DNA of 32,000 nucleotides. Source: Bdellovibrionales bacterium (GTDB taxonomy: Bacteria; Bdellovibrionota; Bdellovibrionia; Bdellovibrionales; UBA1609). Where the stretch lies: assembly GCA_965247685.1 (NCBI GenBank), contig OZ252021.1, forward strand, positions 540,001 to 572,000, written 5' to 3'. The first letter of the stretch is position 1, and each line of letters starts with the position of its first letter. Shown here piece after piece: positions 1 to 11,489 of the stretch. A model generated the notes under the pieces. The model made no database searches and was not told where the DNA came from. It saw nothing but the letters and a program-made list of their open reading frames with translations. The translations under genes were made by a program, and so were the position numbers.

Positions 1-557
1 TCATTGCACCCGTTAGTATTGCGAACTATCTGGCCCAAAATTCTTTCCCTGCTGTCTCAGAATCTATATTAAAAAAATCTATTAGCGAGCAAAAAGAAAA
101 AATTGATAATTTGTTGAATTTTAAAGGAAATACCCCCGTTAAAGATATTCACAAAGAATTAGGTGATATTTTATGGGATAATGTGGGAATGATTCGAAAT
201 GAAAAAACCCTTACATCTGCAATAAAACAAACCCAAAATTTGAGAGAAAAGTTTTGGAGTCATAGTTACATTGTAGGAGAAGCTGACTATAAGAATGCTG
301 AATTGGAAAGAGCTATGCGTGTCGCAGATTTCTTGGAATTAGGAGAACTAATGGCTCAAGATGCTCTTTTTAGAAAAGAATCTTGTGGTTCACACTTTAG
401 AACAGAATACCAAACCGAAGAGCAAGAAGCTGTTCGAGATGATAAAAACTTTTGCCATGTCAGTTCCTGGGAGTGGACTTCCACATGTCAATGGAAAGAA
501 CACCGTGAGCCTCTTGTTTTTGAAGAAGTCATCCCATCTCAAAGAAGTTACAAATAA
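1..557 (+). CDS. sdhA: Succinate dehydrogenase/fumarate reductase flavoprotein subunit, C-terminal part (5' end lies outside the window)
   Basis: Frame 3 is open from base 3; hand translation found no stop before the listed ORF at 111. The translation (...ELERAMRVADFLELGELMAQDALFRKESCGSHFRTEYQ...) matches the conserved C-terminal region of SdhA/FrdA (E-S-x-G-x-H-x-R motif). The Fe-S subunit gene follows 52 nt downstream. Confidence 0.85.
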   Translation, partial: IAPVSIANYLAQNSFPAVSESILKKSISEQKEKIDNLLNFKGNTPVKDIHKELGDILWDNVGMIRNEKTLTSAIKQTQNLREKFWSHSYIVGEADYKNAELERAMRVADFLELGELMAQDALFRKESCGSHFRTEYQTEEQEAVRDDKNFCHVSSWEWTSTCQWKEHREPLVFEEVIPSQRSYK

Positions 558-609
558 AACAAACATTAGATTGAACAAAGCAAACACATTAACCGATAAT
601 AAATTTACT

Positions 610-1350
610 ATGAAAATAACACTTCATGTTTGGAAACAAAAAAATCAAAACTCGAAAGGGAGCTTTGCCACCTTTGTTTTAGATCAGGTTTCCCCTGATT
701 CTTCTTTTTTAGAAATGCTTGATATTTTAAACGAGAAACTCATTCAAGAAAAAAAAGAACCCATCGCATTTGATCACGATTGTAGAGAAGGAATTTGTGG
801 TTCTTGCAGTTTAAGAATTAATGGAAAATCTCATGGACCCAAACGAGGTCAAGCTAGCTGCCAAATTCACATGAGACAGTTTAAAGACGAAGATGAAATA
901 TGGATTGAGCCTTTTAGAGCCAGAGCTTTCCCTGTCGTTCGTGATCTGATTGTCAATCGAAGTGCTTTAGATCGAGTGATTCAATCTGGAGGATACATCC
1001 GTGTCAAAACAGGCGCAGCACCTGAAGCTCATAGTCAACTTGTATCTAAGACTAAAGCTAATGAAGCTTTTAACGCAGCGGCTTGTATTGGTTGTGGAGC
1101 CTGCGTAGACGCTTGTAAAAACGCTTCTGCCAGCCTTTTTGTCGGGGCAAAACTTCTGCATTTATCTTCTCTTCCACAAGGGCAGATAGGAGAAAAAGCC
1201 CGCACTCTCAATATGGTTCGACAAATGGATCAAGAAGGTTTTGGAGCCTGTTCTCATACAGGGCAATGTGAAGCTGTTTGTCCTAAAGAAATCTCTCTAA
1301 AAGCTATTGCCCACATGAATCGTAAATACTTGAAGCACTCTTTAGGTTAA
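610..1350 (+). CDS. sdhB: Succinate dehydrogenase/fumarate reductase iron-sulfur subunit
   Basis: In-frame ATG at 610 (MKITLHVWKQ...). Three Fe-S Cys clusters are present: CREGICGSC...C, CIGCGACVDAC and CSHTGQCEAVCP. The ORF-track start at 361 would overlap sdhA and is not needed. Confidence 0.9.
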   Translation: MKITLHVWKQKNQNSKGSFATFVLDQVSPDSSFLEMLDILNEKLIQEKKEPIAFDHDCREGICGSCSLRINGKSHGPKRGQASCQIHMRQFKDEDEIWIEPFRARAFPVVRDLIVNRSALDRVIQSGGYIRVKTGAAPEAHSQLVSKTKANEAFNAAACIGCGACVDACKNASASLFVGAKLLHLSSLPQGQIGEKARTLNMVRQMDQEGFGACSHTGQCEAVCPKEISLKAIAHMNRKYLKHSLG

Positions 1351-1353
1351 AAG

Positions 1354-2040
1354 TTAAATATAAAAACGAAGATAAGATGATCCAATAATGACTAAGTCTT
1401 TATTTTTTAGAGTCGCCTTTTGTAGGTGTTTATAGTTGAATAAAATATACTCTTTATAAGGAGTGTAGAAAGTGATTTTGTTTTTTTCTAAAAAGAGATC
1501 AAACCAGATATCTTTGAAATGGCTGTCTAAAAGAAGAAGCTGTGAGTCTGTAAAGCCAATTTTTCTTGGAAGGTAACCAATATCCCAAACCTCATCTTTT
1601 TGAGTACCTTTTTCTATTTTAACTTGAAATGTTTTCTTTAAAATATCCATTGGTCGAATTTCATCTTCTAAAGATAAAGACAGTTCATCAAGTGTTTGTG
1701 AAAACTGTTTATGAGTTTCAAATAAAGAAATCCCCTTTAATTCGTTTATCTGAGATAGATTTTGATTCTCCACTTGAAAAAGGGTAGAACCCAGCTGAAA
1801 GGAAGCCCCAGAGTGAAGCACAAGAAAGGAAACAGCATTTTTATTGTATAAAATATTTTCTTTTAAACCTTTTACAGACTGAATAGAAAATTGGTTATCT
1901 ATTTTTAAAATTTGAGCATGAGGGCTTTGAATATCTGAATCTTGTACAAGAAAATCTCCTCGTTTTTGTCCAATAGTCATTCTATCTTTAAGAGAAATTT
2001 GTCTTCCTTTTAAAGTTCCTGACATAATTTTCAAAACCAT
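1354..2040 (-). CDS. Hypothetical protein with a degenerate N-terminal FHA-like domain
   Basis: 228-aa ORF. The N-terminus (GRQISLKDRMTIGQKRGDFLVQDSDIQSPHAQI...FQLGSTLFQV) follows the FHA pattern (IGR..D..L.D..VS..HA.I ... G..F). The rest is unrecognised. It converges on sdhB with a 3-nt gap. Confidence 0.45.
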   Translation of the reverse strand: MVLKIMSGTLKGRQISLKDRMTIGQKRGDFLVQDSDIQSPHAQILKIDNQFSIQSVKGLKENILYNKNAVSFLVLHSGASFQLGSTLFQVENQNLSQINELKGISLFETHKQFSQTLDELSLSLEDEIRPMDILKKTFQVKIEKGTQKDEVWDIGYLPRKIGFTDSQLLLLDSHFKDIWFDLFLEKNKITFYTPYKEYILFNYKHLQKATLKNKDLVIIGSSYLRFYI

Positions 2041-2176
2041 CTTTTACCCCTCCGGCCTTAAGAGTAAAATTTATACTCTAAAACTTCACTTAAAAAGGAC
2101 TTTTTCTTTAAAAAAATATTGCCGAAATGTGTAAGAAGTGTTAGCTATACAACCCTATTTTTATGGAGTTTTACCT

Positions 2177-2626
2177 GTGTCCTTGAATTATTATGAGTCT
2201 ATTGTTGCTCTTGCCTCTTCTGTAGAAGAGTCTGCACAAAAAGATTTTTTCAAAAAAGTAAAAAAAACTATTGAAAGTTTTTCAGGCTCTCTTCATCACA
2301 TAGATATATTAGGCTCCCGCCCTTTAGCAAATACGGCACAAAAAAAACCTCACAAAAGGGCTCTATATTTTCACTTCTCGTATCAGTCAGAGGCAGCTTG
2401 TGTAGCTGAAATCAATCGAATTTTTAGAATACAAGACTATGTCCTTTATTTTCATCAAGAAAAATTAGATAAAAGAATTCCCTTAGATCAGCATCAACAA
2501 AACTTTGAAACCATTTTACAAAATGCCAATGAAAACGAAGAAAGCCGAATGGCCCGCATTCAGCTTAAAAAGAAGAAGATAGCCCCTCCTGAGGCCCCTG
2601 TTTCACCTGAGGAAAGCTCAGTATGA
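2177..2626 (+). CDS. rpsF: 30S ribosomal protein S6 with a long acidic/basic C-terminal extension
   Basis: YESIVAL...GSLHHIDILGSRPLA...KRALYFHFSYQSEAACVAEINRIFRIQDYVLYF is the S6 pattern (YE...W G.R.LAY.I.K...Y......). A GTG at 2177 follows GGAG (2165-2168). The alternative GTG at 2138 lies inside a promoter-like stretch. The stop overlaps the rplI start. Confidence 0.8.
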   Translation: MSLNYYESIVALASSVEESAQKDFFKKVKKTIESFSGSLHHIDILGSRPLANTAQKKPHKRALYFHFSYQSEAACVAEINRIFRIQDYVLYFHQEKLDKRIPLDQHQQNFETILQNANENEESRMARIQLKKKKIAPPEAPVSPEESSV

Positions 2627-3165
2627 AAGTGATTTTAAAAAAAGATGTTCAACATGTAGGGCGAGCTGGTCAAACCCTTCTTGTTAAGGATGGCTTTGCT
2701 CGAAATTTTCTTTTTCCAAGAAAAATAGCTATGCCTGAAAAATCACAAAGCTTAATGGAACAAAAGCATAAGGAAAAAATTGCAGAACTTAAGGCTTTAA
2801 AAGCTGAGAAAGCTCGAAAAGAAATTTTTGATAAAATACAAGACCTAAAAATTTCTTTCCAAAAAGCAACTTCTCCGCAAGGAAAACTTTTTGGTGCCAT
2901 CACTTCAACAGATGTGGCACAAAAATTAAAGGAATCTAATTTCGAGATTGATAAGAAGTTTATTCAGATAAAATCTCCTATAAAAAATATAGGGGATCAT
3001 ACAATAAGCGTGGATCTTGGAAAAGACATGATTGCTACTATTCAACTTTCTGTTCAACCAGACAAAAAAAAGAAAGAAGAAAAAATCTCTACACTCGCTA
3101 AAATTGCAAGAGCTTTCTCCTCTAAAAAATCTGAAGAGCCTCTCAAAGAAGATTCAGAAGCATAA
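2623..3165 (+). CDS. rplI: 50S ribosomal protein L9 with a ~30-aa Lys/Glu-rich C-terminal extension
   Basis: MKVILKKDVQHVGRAGQTLLVKDGFARNFLFPRKIA is the canonical L9 N-terminal domain. ATGA overlap with rpsF. Confidence 0.92.
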   Translation: MKVILKKDVQHVGRAGQTLLVKDGFARNFLFPRKIAMPEKSQSLMEQKHKEKIAELKALKAEKARKEIFDKIQDLKISFQKATSPQGKLFGAITSTDVAQKLKESNFEIDKKFIQIKSPIKNIGDHTISVDLGKDMIATIQLSVQPDKKKKEEKISTLAKIARAFSSKKSEEPLKEDSEA

Positions 3166-3241
3166 ACTAAGCTTTTTAATTCAATGTGAAAAAATCTTTA
3201 TCTATCCATTAATCTTTTTTCTTAAGATTAAGATAATTAAA

Positions 3242-3547
3242 TTAAAACTTTCCTAAAATTAAAATTCCAATCACGAGTGCAAAAATCATCACAGATTCAA
3301 TGAATGCCAAACCAATAATCATAGGAATAAGCATTTTATGTTGAGCTTGAGGATTACGAGCTAAGCCTTCCATCGCAGCAGCTCCAATACGACCTAGACC
3401 TAAAGCTCCGCCAGCGGCAGCTAAGGCAATAGATAATGCTGCAGCCAATGCATAAAGGCCGCTTCCTTCTGCTATTTCTCCAGTACTTGCCCCAAAAGTG
3501 GCATGCTGGACTAAACTTAAACCTAAAAATAATATCCACTTTTTCAT
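3242..3547 (-). CDS. atpE: F0F1 ATP synthase subunit c
   Basis: Hairpin proteolipid: GGALGLGRIGAAAMEGLARNPQ loop and IIGLAFIESVMIFALV with the carboxylate Glu in helix 2. It carries a ~25-aa hydrophobic N-terminal extension. Confidence 0.9.
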   Translation of the reverse strand: MKKWILFLGLSLVQHATFGASTGEIAEGSGLYALAAALSIALAAAGGALGLGRIGAAAMEGLARNPQAQHKMLIPMIIGLAFIESVMIFALVIGILILGKF

Positions 3548-3564
3548 ATCTTCCCCCTTCTTAT

Positions 3565-4245
3565 TTAATGATCATCAGATACAGCCATAGAAAAATAAAT
3601 CATGCTCAGTATAGTAAAAACAAAGGCCTGCATGGTGCAAACAAAAAGACCTAAAAAATAAAAAATTACAGGAACACCAACTGGCACCATATTTAAAAAG
3701 GCAGATAACACGGCATGATCTCCCATCATGTTTCCATAAAGCCTTAAACCTAAACTTAAAGGTCGAATAAGATGGGTGATAATCTCTAAAATAAGCATAA
3801 ATGGAGCTAAAGCTAAAAGTGGCCCCATGAACTGCTTAATATACATCACTCCATGACGCTTTATCCCATAATAGTTATAAATCAAAAAAGAACACACACC
3901 AAAAGCGAAAGTAGCGTTTAAGTTTCCTGTTGAGGCTGAAAATCCAGGGAAAAGCCCTAGAATGTTTTGAATCCACAGTAAAAGAAAAATGGAACCAAAG
4001 ACAGGAACCATAGGACGACCTGCTGGTCCGATGACCATATCACTCAGTCCTACATTAAATTTTATGAACAACTCAAAAAACCCCCTCAAAGATAGGGTTT
4101 GGGCAGGAGCCTCATCTGCAGATCTTCTAAGAGCTCGCCTCCCGAAGACAATAAGAACTGAGAACAAAACTATGGCCACAAAAACTGCAAATAAATGTGA
4201 ATATTGCTGACTTAAAAAAAGATCACCCCAACTAAAGTGAATCAT
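3565..4245 (-). CDS. atpB: F0F1 ATP synthase subunit a
   Basis: 226-aa polytopic membrane protein with the subunit-a signature ...IRPLSLGLRLYGNMMGDH... (conserved Arg in LRL). It lies immediately upstream of atpE. Confidence 0.9.
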   Translation of the reverse strand: MIHFSWGDLFLSQQYSHLFAVFVAIVLFSVLIVFGRRALRRSADEAPAQTLSLRGFFELFIKFNVGLSDMVIGPAGRPMVPVFGSIFLLLWIQNILGLFPGFSASTGNLNATFAFGVCSFLIYNYYGIKRHGVMYIKQFMGPLLALAPFMLILEIITHLIRPLSLGLRLYGNMMGDHAVLSAFLNMVPVGVPVIFYFLGLFVCTMQAFVFTILSMIYFSMAVSDDH

Positions 4246-4570
4246 TTCTTACAGCCTCAACGGATAAACCTACAATATAAAAAAATATACTCGATAAACC
4301 TAATAAAAAAGATAAAAGGTCAATATAATCTTTTAGAAAATAAATCAATAAAACAAAGATTAAATATTTCAGCACAATAAGATAAAAAGATGAAAAAAAA
4401 TTACGAATAACCCAAAATAAAATCTCCATATTCAAATAAACTAACAAAATACCTCCCCAAACAGACCAAAAAGACAGTTTCCAATAGGAGGCTCCAGCTT
4501 GGATAAAAAGGAGTCCTATAGCCTGAATAGTCCAAAAAATAGATTTTCTTATTGAAAGCCTCACCGACAT
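4232..4570 (-). CDS. Small membrane protein, AtpI-like by position
   Basis: 112-aa, very hydrophobic (3-4 predicted TM segments). It overlaps the atpB start by 14 nt, the usual position of atpI/atpZ. There is no sequence signature beyond that. Confidence 0.4.
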   Translation of the reverse strand: MSVRLSIRKSIFWTIQAIGLLFIQAGASYWKLSFWSVWGGILLVYLNMEILFWVIRNFFSSFYLIVLKYLIFVLLIYFLKDYIDLLSFLLGLSSIFFYIVGLSVEAVRNDSL

Positions 4571-4651
4571 TACCTCATTACTTTAGGCCAACTTTATTTG
4601 AATCATTTTATGTAAGACATTTCAAATCATTATTCACATATTCATAATGTT

Positions 4652-5371
4652 TTATGGTGTGTTTTCCTTTCTATACTTCCAATGTCTTTTTTTCTCCTCT
4701 GCAAAAACCCAATCTGCTTGCTTCAGCTCTTCAATAGCATCATCAAAATTTTTTGTTTCTTCTAAGAGAAGTGCTGTATAAAAAGGCCCCTCATTTTCCT
4801 TAAAAAACTGAAAATCTTTTTTCTTTATATTATCAAAAATCTTTAGTGCTTGACTTCTTTTTTGATTCAACATCAAGATCCGAGCTTGGATAAATTGAAA
4901 TTCCAACTCTTCCTTGGAAGAAAGCTTTTTTGAAAGGAGCATTTTTTGAGATGTGTTTAAAGCAAGTTGAAGTTGGTGAGTTTTTAAATAGGCCTGAATA
5001 AGGTTTTTGACATATTGAATCTGATAAGGATTTTCTTTTAAAATTTTCTTGAGTTCCACAATAGAACTTTTATAGTCCAAAAGATGATTGTGATATAAAT
5101 CAAACTTTTGTATCCAAAGATTCTTTTTTTCTTCTTTTTCTAAGCCTTGCCTCTCAAACTCGGAAGCTAAAAGAATAACTTCTTTATATTTCTTATTTTT
5201 TAAGCAGACAAATAGAGCCTCTTTAAAATCTTCTTTTTGTAAATCATAAAGAAGCTCTTGGCTTAAGGTTTTACAATCTCTTAAAGATTTTGCCTTTAGT
5301 ATTCGAACACGAGGAATAAGAAAACAATGAGTTAAAAAAATACTTATAAAGAAAAAAGTAAATATTTTCAT
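4652..5371 (-). CDS. Hypothetical exported helical-repeat (TPR-like) protein
   Basis: 239-aa ORF with an N-terminal hydrophobic signal (MKIFTFFFISIFLTHC) followed by helical repeat-like sequence. Its start overlaps the gyrA stop by 4 nt (ATGA), so the two are co-transcribed. Confidence 0.5.
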   Translation of the reverse strand: MKIFTFFFISIFLTHCFLIPRVRILKAKSLRDCKTLSQELLYDLQKEDFKEALFVCLKNKKYKEVILLASEFERQGLEKEEKKNLWIQKFDLYHNHLLDYKSSIVELKKILKENPYQIQYVKNLIQAYLKTHQLQLALNTSQKMLLSKKLSSKEELEFQFIQARILMLNQKRSQALKIFDNIKKKDFQFFKENEGPFYTALLLEETKNFDDAIEELKQADWVFAEEKKRHWKYRKENTP

Positions 5372-7833
5372 GAATCTTGTTCTATAAACTCACTCTTTTC
5401 ATCATCAACAAGAGTTACATCCGTAATATGCTCTCCATCTTTTAATCTCATCAGACGAACCCCTTGCGTAGATCTTCCTGTTTGAGAAACATCAGACACC
5501 TCAAAACGAATAGATTGTCCTGTATTTGTTACAACAAGCATTTGTTGATCGTCATGAACAACTAAAGACCCCGCAATTTCACCTGTTTTATTATTTAAGC
5601 TATGAGCTACCACTCCTTTTCCCCCTCTTTGAATTTTTCTAAATTCTGAAATAAGAGTCTTTTTTCCATATCCATTTTGAGTGACTGTTAAAAGAAGTGT
5701 TTCTTGATCTTTTGAAACAGAATGTAAAGCTTTAACTTTATCTCCCTTATTCAGCCTCATACCCCGAACTCCTATAGAAGCTCGAGTTTTGATTAATCGG
5801 ATAGAATCTAAAGAGAAACGAATTCCTTGTCCTTTTTGAGTAATAATTAAAATGTCATCATTTGAATTTGCTATGATAGCCTCCGCCAGCTGATCTCCTT
5901 CTCGAGTGTTCAAAGCTTGCAAACCTTTTTGCCATCGTCTTGCAAAAGAAGAAAGATCTGATTTTTTAAACACACCCCGTTCAGTAACAAGACATAGATT
6001 TTGATTCGGAGCCAAGAAGTCAGCAACAGGTAAAACAGATCGCACGTTTTCGTTGCTTTCTATAGACAAAAGATTTCTTATAGACTTTCTTTTTGAGACT
6101 CGGCTTCCAGAAGGAATTCTAAACGCATCTAACTGATAAAGTTTCCCTCTAGTTGTAAGCACCATAAGAATAGTGTGAGTATTCACGCAAAGCGTTTTCC
6201 ACACCCAGTCTCCGCTCACACCTAGGTTTCCTCCTTTCACTCCAACTCCACCTCTTTTTTGCAAGCGGTACTCCTCTAAAGGAACTCTTTTGATATTAGA
6301 ATCATAGGAAATCATTACGACAATGTCTTCTTTAGCAATAAGATCAATGTCTTCAAAATCTTCATCTGCTGCCTCAATTTTTGTTTTTCGAGGTCTCTCA
6401 AATTTTTTAGAGATCACCTCCAGCTCATCTCGAATAATGTTATCTATAGCTTGAGAGCTCGCTAAAGTTTCTTTTATTTTTTGAATATAAAGCTTTAAAT
6501 CTTTCCATTCTTGGACAATCTTTTCTCTTTCCAACCCTGTTAATTTTTGTAATTTCAAGTCTAGAATAGCTTGAGTTTGACGACGTGAAAACTCAAATCT
6601 TTCCATAAGAGCTCTTCGAGCCTGAGCCGCTTCTTTAGATTCACGAATTAAAGAAATAACCTCATCTAAATGATCTAGCGCTTTGGTAAGCCCTTCTAAA
6701 ATATGCATACGCTCTTGAGCTTTATTTAAATCAAAGACTAAACGGCGAGTGATCACATCTCTTCTGTGGGACAAAAATGACAGGAGCACATCTTTTAAAG
6801 AGTAAGTTTGAGGCTGCCCACTTGAATCAAGAGCTAAAAGATTCACCCCATAACTGATCTGAAGTTTTGTTTGCTTATATAAATGATTTAAAATCACTTG
6901 AGCATTTTCTTGTTTCTTAAGAGTAATAACAACACGAATTCCTTCTCGAGAAGATTCATCTCGAATATCTGAAATACCTTCCAATGTTTTATCGCGGACT
7001 TGAGAGGCAATGTTTTCAATAAGCTGAGATTTGTTGACTTGATAAGGAATTTCTTTGATCACAATATGATCTCGACCATCAAAGTTTTCAATTTCCGAAA
7101 CTGCACGGATTTTAAAAATACCCCTTCCTGTTTTATATGCTTTAAGCACTCCTGCCTGTCCTACAATAATTCCACCTGTAGGAAAATCAGGACCAGGAAT
7201 AATGGCAAAGAGCTCTTCTAAAGAAAGATCCTTTTCCAATAAGATTTTGCAAGTTTGAATCACTTCACTTAGGTTGTGGGGAGGAATATTAGACGCCATG
7301 CCTACAGCAATTCCAGCGCTTCCGTTCACTAACAAATTAGGAAACTGAGCAGGTAAAACTGTCGGAATCAAGAGAGTATCATCATAGTTCCACTCAAATC
7401 CTGTAGTTTCTTTTTCAATGTCTTTTAAAAGCTCTCCAGCAAGAGCTGTCATTCGAATTTCTGTATAACGAGAAGCTGCCGCTGTATCTCCATCCACAGA
7501 ACCAAAGTTTCCTTGACCATCCACTAAAGTATGGTTCATGGAAAAATCTTGAGCCATACGAACAATACTATCGTAAACAGCCGATTCACCATGAGGGTGG
7601 TACTTACCAATCACATCCCCGACCACTCGAGCTGATTTTTTATAAGGTTTATCAAAAGCGTTCCCCAAGTCTCTCATAGCATAAAGAATTCGACGATGAA
7701 CGGGTTTAAGCCCATCTCTCACATCTGGTAAAGCTCTCCCCACAATAACACTCATGGAGTATTGCAGATAAGAGTCTTTCATCTCTTTTGAAATATCGAC
7801 CTGAAAGGTATTTTTTAGTAAATCATCACTCAT
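5368..7833 (-). CDS. gyrA: DNA gyrase subunit A
   Basis: 821 aa. Contains SVIVGRALPDVRDGLKPVHRRILYAM, AAASRYTE (catalytic Tyr region) and C-terminal beta-pinwheel repeats. Confidence 0.97.
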   Translation of the reverse strand: MSDDLLKNTFQVDISKEMKDSYLQYSMSVIVGRALPDVRDGLKPVHRRILYAMRDLGNAFDKPYKKSARVVGDVIGKYHPHGESAVYDSIVRMAQDFSMNHTLVDGQGNFGSVDGDTAAASRYTEIRMTALAGELLKDIEKETTGFEWNYDDTLLIPTVLPAQFPNLLVNGSAGIAVGMASNIPPHNLSEVIQTCKILLEKDLSLEELFAIIPGPDFPTGGIIVGQAGVLKAYKTGRGIFKIRAVSEIENFDGRDHIVIKEIPYQVNKSQLIENIASQVRDKTLEGISDIRDESSREGIRVVITLKKQENAQVILNHLYKQTKLQISYGVNLLALDSSGQPQTYSLKDVLLSFLSHRRDVITRRLVFDLNKAQERMHILEGLTKALDHLDEVISLIRESKEAAQARRALMERFEFSRRQTQAILDLKLQKLTGLEREKIVQEWKDLKLYIQKIKETLASSQAIDNIIRDELEVISKKFERPRKTKIEAADEDFEDIDLIAKEDIVVMISYDSNIKRVPLEEYRLQKRGGVGVKGGNLGVSGDWVWKTLCVNTHTILMVLTTRGKLYQLDAFRIPSGSRVSKRKSIRNLLSIESNENVRSVLPVADFLAPNQNLCLVTERGVFKKSDLSSFARRWQKGLQALNTREGDQLAEAIIANSNDDILIITQKGQGIRFSLDSIRLIKTRASIGVRGMRLNKGDKVKALHSVSKDQETLLLTVTQNGYGKKTLISEFRKIQRGGKGVVAHSLNNKTGEIAGSLVVHDDQQMLVVTNTGQSIRFEVSDVSQTGRSTQGVRLMRLKDGEHITDVTLVDDEKSEFIEQDS

Positions 7834-7847
7834 ACATCATCTCTTTT

Positions 7848-10319
<2,472 letters not shown>

Positions 10320-10421
10320 CTATGGCTTAATAAGGCTTGAATGTATCAAAAAAGGCTTCTATTTGTAAGCTAATTTTTAAAAAAACAACTTTATTTGGAC
10401 TATAAAAAATCGCTTGATTTT

Positions 10422-11489
10422 TTACCTAAAATAGTAGCTGTTTGCCTCCTCTAAAAATTTTTTTTTCTCTGTAAAGGTCAAAAAACTTTGGCCTGAAATA
10501 GAAAAAAGAAAAAGGCTTAATTTTTGAGCAGTCTGTTGATCAATTTCTGAAAAAACATCATCAAAAAATAAGACCGGAGGCTCCTTTATTCTTTTAAGGT
10601 TTTGAGCCCATTGCCCCAATTTCCAAGCAATGAGCAGTGATTTTTGCTGCCCTTGTGATAAAAGCTCTCTGGCCTCACAGCCCTTCCAAAAAAAGATTAA
10701 ATCATGCCTTTGAGGCCCTGCAAGACAGACCCCTCGAATCAGCTCACTTTCTTTTTCCCTAAAAAGCTCTTCTTCCAAAGAGGTTTTTATTTCTTTTTGA
10801 AGAGGTTTTTGAGTTTTTCCAACATATAAAGCTTCAAAACTTTTAGTTTGCAAGAACTCCTGCCCCTTTTCTCTCCAAAAGGGCATAAAAAGCGATAAAG
10901 CTTCTTGTCTTTTTCTTACAAGAGAAATGGATTTTTGTAAAAAAACTTCATTTAGGCTTTCAAGGGTTATTTTTCTATCTTGGAGGCCATATGATCCTTT
11001 TTTACAAATTTTTAAAAATTTGTTTTTTTGAACTAATATTTTTTGAAAATCTCTTAAAGTTGCAACACCCTGAGGAAGCTCAAAAACCAGATCATCTAAA
11101 AGCTTTCTTCTATGGGAGGCTTCTCCTCGAATGAAGTTTAAATCTAAAGGGGTGACAAAGACTCCATGATGTTTGAGCGGAGCTCCTCTTGTTTTCTTCT
11201 CATTAATAAAATGCTCAGAAGTTTTGCCTTCTTGAAGTTTGAGTTGAGCGCTCCCTTGACCTTCTTTTTTTTCAAAATCTAGTTTTAAAAGACTTTGCTC
11301 AAAGCCTTTTTGAATCCAAGCTTTGCCCGGACGAAAGGAGCGCCTTAAAAAAAGTAAAGATAGAGCTTCTAAAACTGCTGTCTTTCCTTTTCCGTTGTCT
11401 CCATAAAGGCAGTTCACTTGGGAAGAGGGTTCCCACCTAAAAATTTTGTGATTTCTAAAATTTCTTAAAGAAAGCGTTTTTATCTGCAT
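10422..11489 (-). CDS. recF: DNA replication and repair protein RecF
   Basis: MQIKTLSLRNFRNH... with Walker A GDNGKGKT and an SMC-like signature region. Its start overlaps the dnaN stop by 1 nt. Confidence 0.9.
   Translation of the reverse strand: MQIKTLSLRNFRNHKIFRWEPSSQVNCLYGDNGKGKTAVLEALSLLFLRRSFRPGKAWIQKGFEQSLLKLDFEKKEGQGSAQLKLQEGKTSEHFINEKKTRGAPLKHHGVFVTPLDLNFIRGEASHRRKLLDDLVFELPQGVATLRDFQKILVQKNKFLKICKKGSYGLQDRKITLESLNEVFLQKSISLVRKRQEALSLFMPFWREKGQEFLQTKSFEALYVGKTQKPLQKEIKTSLEEELFREKESELIRGVCLAGPQRHDLIFFWKGCEARELLSQGQQKSLLIAWKLGQWAQNLKRIKEPPVLFFDDVFSEIDQQTAQKLSLFLFSISGQSFLTFTEKKKFLEEANSYYFR

Noticed and set aside
361-609. 5' extension of the sdhB ORF (ORF-track start at 361).
   Set aside because: It overlaps the end of sdhA in another frame and encodes non-conserved sequence. 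The conserved SdhB sequence begins at ATG 610.
3354-4210. Short ORFs overlapping atpE/atpB (3354-3539, 3436-3654, 3989-4210), and similar ones inside gyrA, gyrB, dnaN, dnaA, yidC and mnmG.
   Set aside because: They are embedded in or antisense to confidently identified conserved genes. They have no RBS and no recognisable motifs.
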